From a virus, in IMG/VR virus record IMGVR_UViG_3300006749_000012, positions 15,957 through 79,956 of that record: 64,000 bases of DNA; one strand, 5' to 3'. The translations under genes and the position numbers were made by a program. Below are positions 57,802 through 64,000 of this stretch, piece by piece; position 1 is the stretch's first letter; each line of letters starts with the position of its first letter. The notes below the pieces were generated by a model, which saw only the letters and a program-made list of their open reading frames with translations, ran no database searches and was not told the DNA's origin.

Positions 57802-58563
57802 TTAGTCCTCCTGATATTCTTGGTCAATCACTATCATCAGAAAGTTAGTGCTAGGTTGTTCGATAACTAATACAGTTTCGTCGCCAGTATGCAATTGCAA
57901 TTCTCCGTTGGGTAAGTTACTAACTAACTCAGGTAGCCATTTATCAAAAGCAGAACGAGATGCCGTAGACGGTGCATCTACTTGAGACAACGGTGCACGA
58001 ACAAACATTTTACCAGTCTCGCTCTTACCCCCACGTATCACGAACTCCTCGCCATCTGCATCAAATTCAGTCTTACAGGCAAACTTGTCACCCAATACTT
58101 TCTTGAATCCAGTCGCAGGTTTCAGAGCCTCACTAGATACTCTAGCATGATGAGTCAAAGGTATAGAGAACCAAGTAGTCCACATGTTTTTCTTTGAGTC
58201 GGCTATCGCTTTTTCTACTATCGCAATTCTCTTTTGCGATTCTATGTATGAAGAAGTAGGCAATTGCAGACTTGAATTACCTGCTCTTATATGTAGAGTG
58301 CCAACTTTACCTTGCTGAGATATTTTCAGGTCAGGTGTCTTGACCGTAGACAAGAATGATTTCATTTTAGGTATATCAGTGATGTAAATGTTACCACTGC
58401 TTTCTGAGCCACAATCTATTTTCCTATGGATGTAATGAGTGGATTTAGCCACAGCCGCAGATATACTACCAATGCGAACATCAATCACTATATCACCTAA
58501 GTCTTTGCCAAAACTTGACAAAAAATTGATGAAGTTATCTTTACTTATTGTTATTTCAGTCAT
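57802..58563 (-). CDS. Probable sliding clamp (PCNA-like)
   Basis: 253 aa with two-fold alpha/beta pattern; upstream of polB in a block with RFC; motif-level similarity is weak. Confidence 0.5.
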   Translation of the reverse strand: MTEITISKDNFINFLSSFGKDLGDIVIDVRIGSISAAVAKSTHYIHRKIDCGSESSGNIYITDIPKMKSFLSTVKTPDLKISQQGKVGTLHIRAGNSSLQLPTSSYIESQKRIAIVEKAIADSKKNMWTTWFSIPLTHHARVSSEALKPATGFKKVLGDKFACKTEFDADGEEFVIRGGKSETGKMFVRAPLSQVDAPSTASRSAFDKWLPELVSNLPNGELQLHTGDETVLVIEQPSTNFLMIVIDQEYQED

Positions 58564-58575
58564 ATTACCACCTCA

Positions 58576-58671
58576 TGGGTTACAGAGGGAAAGGCTTCAT
58601 AGGATATACAAGACTACTATCTCCGGCGTGAAACTTTTACCTTTATTACTGGATAAACCTCAGTGCCCCCA
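58576..58671 (-). ncRNA. Putative structured cis-regulatory RNA element (long bulged hairpin)
   Basis: Five nested complementary segments in the only large intergenic gap; ends at the clamp gene RBS. Confidence 0.45.
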
Positions 58672-58684
58672 CACTTGGGAGTTA

Positions 58685-59740
58685 TCAAATAACTCCGTCT
58701 CTCAATTCAGGCAGACCATACCATTGGGCATCTTCGCCTTTCTTTGTGACGAAGTAAAGCCTTTCCTGATTTAATAGATTAGGATTGGTTTTCTGTTTGA
58801 AAAACTCAGCAGAGTATCTGACTTCGCCTGTCAAGGACCCGTCATTGTCTCTGATGTGCTTAGTCTTACACCAAATTATTTGGAAAAGGTCTTTGTTAGC
58901 ACTAGCGTGCCATGCGAACTTCCAACCATCGAATCCGACCTTGCCATCTTTGTCCTCTTTTAGATGAGTCTCCCAATAAACATCTACACCTAGACGGTTC
59001 AGTTTCTGACATTGTGCTGTCAATTGCTTAAATCTAGTCGCACGAATGTTCCAGTTCCAACCAATCTCAGCGTTCAACTTTGAGTGTGCTGCTTCGACTG
59101 CATCAGTTGCCTTCATGTCCAAGTCGTATATTTTCATACAAGTAATGCACATTTCATCAAACTGGTCTACCCCAGTCACGATGAACGACTTTAGCATAGG
59201 TCCTTCAAATCCGGGCTTGTATTGATTCTCTGCATACTCAACAGCGAACTTACAAATGTCCATGACACGATTATACGACAATAGATAATTGTAAGCAGTT
59301 CTATCTTGTTGTTGCATCACCCAAGGAGAGAAGATGCGAAAAGAAGGGTCATTGTGATAATGCGCCTGCTTACAAGACAAGCCACCGTTATCATGGTCTA
59401 GTATGATGGCTAAGCCTTCGGGGTGCTTGTGTTTGTGAGCATCCATGGCAAGACCAGTCTTACCACTACCCTCGTGACCTACGAATGCTGCCATAGTGCT
59501 ACTTGGCTCAATCAGTGGTGCTTCAGTCTGTGATTCTAATTCGGCTTGTAGACCGGGAAATCGACTAAGGAACTCAGTAGAAGAAACAGTTTCTGTTTCC
59601 TCCGCTTTTGTTTCCTCTATACTTTCAACCAGTTCTTTCAACTGTTCTTGAGGGTCAGCAATGATTGCTTTCTCCTCACCTTCGATTTTGTTCGCTATCG
59701 CTACTTCTTCCGCTTCCGCTAATGCTTCCCAGCCACTCAT
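58685..59740 (-). CDS. RecA-superfamily ATPase (RadA/Sak4-like recombinase)
   Basis: GHEGSGKT Walker A, IILDHDNG, FIVTGVD, YWETH; acidic N-terminal extension; adjacent to SSB. Confidence 0.7.
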   Translation of the reverse strand: MSGWEALAEAEEVAIANKIEGEEKAIIADPQEQLKELVESIEETKAEETETVSSTEFLSRFPGLQAELESQTEAPLIEPSSTMAAFVGHEGSGKTGLAMDAHKHKHPEGLAIILDHDNGGLSCKQAHYHNDPSFRIFSPWVMQQQDRTAYNYLLSYNRVMDICKFAVEYAENQYKPGFEGPMLKSFIVTGVDQFDEMCITCMKIYDLDMKATDAVEAAHSKLNAEIGWNWNIRATRFKQLTAQCQKLNRLGVDVYWETHLKEDKDGKVGFDGWKFAWHASANKDLFQIIWCKTKHIRDNDGSLTGEVRYSAEFFKQKTNPNLLNQERLYFVTKKGEDAQWYGLPELRDGVI

Positions 59741-60981
59741 TCTTTGTTCCCTCCAAATTGTTCTAATGTTGTATCTCCACTACCACCCGCAGGGCGAGCA
59801 GTCTTGTGAGGAATGTGAATACCGAGAGCACTCAGACTCGCTTGCATCTCGTTATTGTAAGGTCTTAATCGCAATCTACCGACCACAATTACCTGTGTCT
59901 TTTCGTTGTAACCTCTCCAGTTACCTTTCGCATCCTTGTATTCAAACACACGGTCTTCGTCGTGCATCCTACCTGAAACCCATACAGTTACAGGGTCTAC
60001 ATTTGGCCCGTATATGTTTAGTCTGTAAGAGCGACCAGTAGGGTCATACTCGCTGTCCATAGGTTCTTTGTTTAGATAAGTAATGTATCCTTTAGTAATG
60101 ACGATAGGGTTCATTGTCATACCGTTATTGGTAACAATCTTTCTATCTTCATGTGCTTCTACTAAGTCTGCCAAATCTACAAACTCGTTGTGCATCTTAG
60201 GGTTGATTAGTAACCTGTCAGGAGACAGTGCTGTTCTAAGGTGTTCAGGCAACCACTCGTTAGTATATTCAACAGTCTCTTGGAAATTGTTGTTAGTGTA
60301 TAGTGTATCCGAATCCTTGTTAGTAGGCTCAATCACTTGTATCTTACAAGCCTCCCACTTTTCATAACCAGCATTCATAGACTTACCTTGTAAGTTGATA
60401 CGCCACATTTGAATGTCTCCACCTGATTCAGGTGAGCCCATGAAATAAGCAGTCCTACTAATGCTCTTTGGAGCCATAGGTTTACGCTCTCCATTCCTTG
60501 TGTTCAATAAGCACAGAATCATGTCGCCATGCTCAAAACCATACCAAGGTAAGTTACTACCATCTACACGCTCACTAGTCGCTTTGCCATTGATGTGCCA
60601 AACTCCTTCCTTAGCAGTAAGTATACCGATGTGACCTTCATCTATTGCTCGGTCACGATTAGAATTGAACATGTTGACAGCACGGTCGAACGCTCCTTTT
60701 CTATTGTCTCTTTCACTGTCTTCGATGCCCACGAACATACCGACATAACTAGCAGTTTCTCTCAAGCGACCAGCACTGACGTTCCTGCTTTCAATTACGA
60801 ATTGCTCACTCCATTGTGTTAAGTAAAAAGGGTCCTCCTCTAACGGGTCCTCAACACTAAATTCAACAGCGAGCCACTCTTTGAATTTATTCGCTGCCTC
60901 TCCAGTCTGAATACCCAATCGCTCGGCGTATCCCTTCATTCTCTCTATCACATCTTCCGGCCATGTTTTTCCTTCACTCAT
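59737..60981 (-). CDS. Probable OB-fold single-stranded DNA-binding protein (RPA-like)
   Basis: C-terminal OB-like pattern (IVITKGYIT...YRLNI...VTVWV...VIVVGRLR); tail DTTLEQF resembles a PIP box. Confidence 0.6.
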   Translation of the reverse strand: MSEGKTWPEDVIERMKGYAERLGIQTGEAANKFKEWLAVEFSVEDPLEEDPFYLTQWSEQFVIESRNVSAGRLRETASYVGMFVGIEDSERDNRKGAFDRAVNMFNSNRDRAIDEGHIGILTAKEGVWHINGKATSERVDGSNLPWYGFEHGDMILCLLNTRNGERKPMAPKSISRTAYFMGSPESGGDIQMWRINLQGKSMNAGYEKWEACKIQVIEPTNKDSDTLYTNNNFQETVEYTNEWLPEHLRTALSPDRLLINPKMHNEFVDLADLVEAHEDRKIVTNNGMTMNPIVITKGYITYLNKEPMDSEYDPTGRSYRLNIYGPNVDPVTVWVSGRMHDEDRVFEYKDAKGNWRGYNEKTQVIVVGRLRLRPYNNEMQASLSALGIHIPHKTARPAGGSGDTTLEQFGGNKE

Positions 60982-61910
60982 ATTCTCTCCTCCATGTTCC
61001 TCTTTAGTTTTGCTACAAAGTATTCCACAAACGACACATCATCATCCGGCCACTGTGTAGCCAGCATAACAAATTCGCCATAAGTGAGCATGAAATTGTG
61101 CCAGTCGCTTTCGCTTTCCATCAACGGTTTGGCACGATAACGGAGTCCTTTAAGCACTCCGAATCTACTTTGACCCGATTCTAAGGCTTGGGTCAAGAAA
61201 GCCGTAAGCATTGGGAAGTCATTCCCCATCAGGTTGAGAGCCGCTTTGTTGAGATATGCAGTGTCTCTCCTGAGATGCTCCATGAGCGCATTGTCATCCT
61301 TGGGAAGGCCCTCAAGTATGTCAATGGCTTGTCTATAACTTCCATTAGTGAATTTGATAAGGTTAGGTAATTGGTCTTTCCATGCCGAGGGCATGCTCTC
61401 AACATCTATGATGGATTGCAATCGACTCGTTTCTTGAGCATCGATTGGTTTGAAATGAAAAGTCAGGCACCTGTCTCTGATGGCATTGTGAATAGGCCCT
61501 ATGTCATTAGCAGTCAATATGAATATGGTGCTCTTGTGGCTTTCTTCCATCACTTGGCGAAGTGCCTTTTGAGCGGGGGTAGTAAAACTATCTGCTTCGT
61601 CTAAGCATATAATCCTACGACTAACTCCTAACCCCTTCTGCTTACTGATTGATTTCAATTCACGAATATAATCTATACCTCTATCGTCCGAGGCATTAGT
61701 AATAGTAAAGTTGCTTGGGTCGAAGAACTCACCTTGTAGGTCACTTGCCAAAGCATAAGCAGCGCTGGTCTTACCTACTCCCGGTGGGCCAACCAACAAG
61801 ATGTTAGATGGACAAGTGTCGATGTTCCAAGACGATGCTGATTTGATAAAGTCGGAGTGTCCTACTATGTCAGTTACAGTAGTAGGTCTATACTTTTCTC
61901 TCAAGTTCAT
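60978..61910 (-). CDS. rfcS: Replication factor C small subunit (clamp loader)
   Basis: EKYRP, GPPGVGKT, NASDDRGID, LDEAD, IRDRC. ATG 61910 follows GGTGA; the ORF track starts at 61964. Confidence 0.93.
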   Translation of the reverse strand: MNLREKYRPTTVTDIVGHSDFIKSASSWNIDTCPSNILLVGPPGVGKTSAAYALASDLQGEFFDPSNFTITNASDDRGIDYIRELKSISKQKGLGVSRRIICLDEADSFTTPAQKALRQVMEESHKSTIFILTANDIGPIHNAIRDRCLTFHFKPIDAQETSRLQSIIDVESMPSAWKDQLPNLIKFTNGSYRQAIDILEGLPKDDNALMEHLRRDTAYLNKAALNLMGNDFPMLTAFLTQALESGQSRFGVLKGLRYRAKPLMESESDWHNFMLTYGEFVMLATQWPDDDVSFVEYFVAKLKRNMEERI

Positions 61911-61939
61911 CGGAATCACCATGTTATCTTTGTTATCGG

Positions 61940-61946
61940 TATTTAA
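61940..61946 (-). promoter_or_regulatory. Putative TATA box upstream of RFC
   Basis: TTAAATA on the minus strand, identical to the box at 14201, in a short gap before RFC. Confidence 0.4.
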
Positions 61947-61956
61947 GGGGAAGGCT

Positions 61957-63411
61957 TCAGTCACTCATTTCTATCATATCAGTCAGTTGAGATACATTCC
62001 CATATCCTAATGTATCGTCGAGATACTTGACTTCTCCATCCGTCAGTGACAAGTTATTGAGGGAGAACTCTTTCATCTCTACCACTATAACTAATGCATA
62101 TTCGTCTACTGGTATCCAGTCTTGTCCGACTAGCACTCCCTGTTGAGCAAGGCGCTGACGGCTGTGCTGTGCAATAGTCTGACTTAATGTTAACTGCCCG
62201 ACTTCGTAAGTTTCGTATCCATCCATTGCTGACACCCTAACTTGAGTTTGATATTCTTCGTTGCGTTTGATTGCTGTAACTAATAAGTGTAAATGAAATG
62301 CATCTTTGAGAATGGTCCAGCCACCTGTGCCTCCCAGTTCAATGGGACCTGCACTAGTCAGCCTCAGTCTTTGACCTTGCTCAAGGCTTTGTAAATAATG
62401 ATTGAAATCTGTGGACACTGGTATGAACATACCAGTTTTTGTTGGGACTGTAAAATGCAATTCCTGTAATTGAGAAACTCTGTCTTTGTAGGGTAGTTTG
62501 TATATGTCCCAATCTTCACCTATCGCTAAAACATCTGTGACGCTTTTGACAATAGAGCCTTCTACTTCTACCTCAAGTATCGCCTCTGTTTTACTATAAG
62601 GTAACTGTATCGGTTTACCCATGATTTGTTTGTGCTTGTTGTAAAGGACTCCTTTGAAGGTCCCTTTTGGAAATTCAGTTATGTGTAGATACTGTCTAGG
62701 ATATGTAATCACTTCAGCGTATACATCAGCAGGTGTGGTTAATTTATCCCACGCCTTGTATACAGGGCCAACAAAGGGCTGACCGGGCTGCATAGTTCTA
62801 ATTTCTAAATCCTTTTCAGTAGCCATTACCCTCTGTATGATTTCAGAAGGAGTCATGGTCTGTAACATGATATTGACTGACTTAAGGCTCTGAGCGAAGC
62901 CATCCTTGATGTAAGAAACTAGTTGTATGAATCTATTCATTGGCATGGGTGGCCTTTCACCAGTAGCCCTAGACCAAAACAATAGTGCTTCTTTCTCGTT
63001 CAGTTTGCCAGCAATCTCAAGAAACCCTTCGTCTTTTATTCTAGCCATCAAGTTCATCGCTTGTTTGATAGTTAGACCATTACCGCCATATTCAGGTGAC
63101 TCTAAAGCAAGTAGAGGAACCATCGGCTTACCTGCTAACGCTTCATCCCACACTAGAGGAGAGATAGATAACTTCTTACAAACATCATCTCTAAGTTCTC
63201 TGAATGATACGAACTGCCTTGGGTAACGAGAGTATTCAGGGTAGAATATCTCAATCAATTGGTTCAAATCTTCCTCTGCATTTCTAACCGCTTGTCTGAT
63301 AATATCTACTGATTCTCTAAAATGAATAGACCGATTCTCTGCGTCGGTCATATAGTTACGATAGAGATTCCTTAGATTCTCGGAGACTTGTGCTGCTTCA
63401 GCCAGTAGCAT
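61957..63411 (-). CDS. Degenerate ATP-dependent DNA ligase-like protein
   Basis: Ligase DNA-binding-domain-like N-terminus (LTIKQA...EALLFWS), PGQPFVGP, VTDVLAIG...LPYKDRV, WTILK and an OB-like tail. The motif I region reads YAEVITYPR, with no KxDG. Confidence 0.6.
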   Translation of the reverse strand: MLLAEAAQVSENLRNLYRNYMTDAENRSIHFRESVDIIRQAVRNAEEDLNQLIEIFYPEYSRYPRQFVSFRELRDDVCKKLSISPLVWDEALAGKPMVPLLALESPEYGGNGLTIKQAMNLMARIKDEGFLEIAGKLNEKEALLFWSRATGERPPMPMNRFIQLVSYIKDGFAQSLKSVNIMLQTMTPSEIIQRVMATEKDLEIRTMQPGQPFVGPVYKAWDKLTTPADVYAEVITYPRQYLHITEFPKGTFKGVLYNKHKQIMGKPIQLPYSKTEAILEVEVEGSIVKSVTDVLAIGEDWDIYKLPYKDRVSQLQELHFTVPTKTGMFIPVSTDFNHYLQSLEQGQRLRLTSAGPIELGGTGGWTILKDAFHLHLLVTAIKRNEEYQTQVRVSAMDGYETYEVGQLTLSQTIAQHSRQRLAQQGVLVGQDWIPVDEYALVIVVEMKEFSLNNLSLTDGEVKYLDDTLGYGNVSQLTDMIEMSD

Positions 63412-63667
63412 TCGTTTCCCTCAGTTCTGCGAGGGTGTGTTGGATTGCCTTTGACAATGTATGTGCCTCCTCAAGAGTAAGCCTCACTCCCTCTTTAGTG
63501 AAGCCCTCTCCTTTAGGGTGCTCGTGCGTTCTTCTAGTGCGAATATCTATCTTGGACTCTGCCCCACCATACGGAGTATTTAGGGTCATGACAATCTCAG
63601 CCTTTCCTCTCCATCTTACTGAAGTGGCTGGCGTTCTCCAGCGTATCTCTTGCTCAAAGCCCCTCAA
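63398..63667 (-). CDS. PC4-like ssDNA-binding/transcription coactivator protein
   Basis: KIDIR...GFTKEGVRLTLEE motif. TTG 63667 after GGAGAGTGA is the likely start; the ORF track starts at 63691. Confidence 0.7.
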   Translation of the reverse strand: MRGFEQEIRWRTPATSVRWRGKAEIVMTLNTPYGGAESKIDIRTRRTHEHPKGEGFTKEGVRLTLEEAHTLSKAIQHTLAELRETNATG

Positions 63668-63671
63668 GGTA

Positions 63672-63722
63672 TCACTCTCCGATGAACTCACCGTAGTATG
63701 GCATCTCTCTTACTTCGCTCAT
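63672..63722 (-). CDS. 16-aa micro-ORF (MSEVREMPYYGEFIGE)
   Basis: Strong GAGGTGA RBS and ATGA coupling; exactly fills the gap between its neighbours. Confidence 0.4.
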   Translation of the reverse strand: MSEVREMPYYGEFIGE

Positions 63723-63888
63723 GCCGTCACCTCATTCTTTAAACAATAATCATGCCCACAATTCCAACATACTCTGTAAGGAGTAGCATGAGTGAAGTGC
63801 CCATTCCAATAGTTTTCACTCGCCTTATTCTTAGTGCGAGTGTAGGTCTTTTGGTTTGTTTTACATTTGTAACTCATGCCGTCACCTC
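63718..63888 (-). repeat. 16-bp direct repeat GAGGTGACGGCATGAG at two consecutive gene junctions
   Basis: ctcatgccgtcacctc at 63718-63733 and 63873-63888; near-identical GAGGTGACAGCATGA on the + strand at 46621. Confidence 0.75.
63719..63877 (-). CDS. Small Cys-rich protein (52 aa, not in the ORF track)
   Basis: Hand-translated MSYKCKTNQK...RVCWNCGHDYCLKNEVTA; GAGGTGA RBS and ATGA coupling. Confidence 0.6.
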   Translation of the reverse strand: MSYKCKTNQKTYTRTKNKASENYWNGHFTHATPYRVCWNCGHDYCLKNEVTA

Positions 63889-63999
63889 CCTTGTAACGCT
63901 CAACGCTTCTTGTTCGACAGTATATCTAACTGCTTCGTCGTAAGCCGCCTTGAGAGGCCAACCCTTCTTGAGTAGGCCAATGTAATACGCCCTGTGCAT
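63874..63999 (-). CDS. Hypothetical protein, probably truncated by the window end
   Basis: Open frame ...MHRAYYIGLLKKGWPLKAAYDEAVRYTVEQEALSVTREVTA*. Confidence 0.5.
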   Translation of the reverse strand: MHRAYYIGLLKKGWPLKAAYDEAVRYTVEQEALSVTREVTA

Positions 64000-64000
64000 A

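Noticed and set aside
58564-58684. tRNA gene or protein-coding ORF in the intergenic gap
   Set aside because: No cloverleaf or T-loop consensus; the spanning + strand ORF 58439..58774 overlaps two real genes antisense.
640-63943. Numerous short opposite-strand or nested ORFs in the ORF track
   Set aside because: They lie within longer, motif-supported, translationally coupled genes and lack RBSs; treated as shadow ORFs.
48073-64000. Host chromosomal DNA flanking a provirus
   Set aside because: The genes are divergent, compact and co-oriented with small viral-type ORFs, show the same word avoidance as the structural block, and no integrase or att site is visible.

Overview
Densely coding 64-kb piece of a tailed archaeal virus genome (Caudoviricetes). 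Its gene content and layout resemble 'magroviruses' of Marine Group II Euryarchaeota (Poseidoniales); this host assignment is inferred, not searched. The + strand (1-48076) is the morphogenesis block: low-complexity putative internal proteins, terminase large subunit, a LAGLIDADG-tailed protein, portal with Zn-ribbon inserts, a 2009-aa protein ending in a ligase fold without the catalytic lysine, HK97-type protease-scaffold, major capsid protein, neck, tail tube, a frameshifted tail chaperone pair, a 159-aa tape-measure-like protein, two paralogous distal-tail-like proteins, a 5236-aa giant protein and baseplate/fibre genes. The - strand (48073-64000) is a convergent archaeal-type replication/recombination block: thermosome, DEDD exonuclease, MCM-like ATPase, ERCC4 nuclease, fused primase, Cas4-like nuclease, PolB, probable clamp, RecA-like ATPase, SSB, RFC and a second degenerate ligase. 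Highlights: (i) recurrent hydrophobic-Lys motifs that may be a protease-processing code for head cargo; (ii) two apparently dead ligases; (iii) a mini tape measure paired with candidate ejection proteins; (iv) a -1 frameshift site; (v) a ~96-nt structured intergenic element; (vi) apparent avoidance of GATC, AGCT, GTAC and CCAGR. I saw no tRNA, rRNA, CRISPR array or intein. All calls come from reading motifs by eye.
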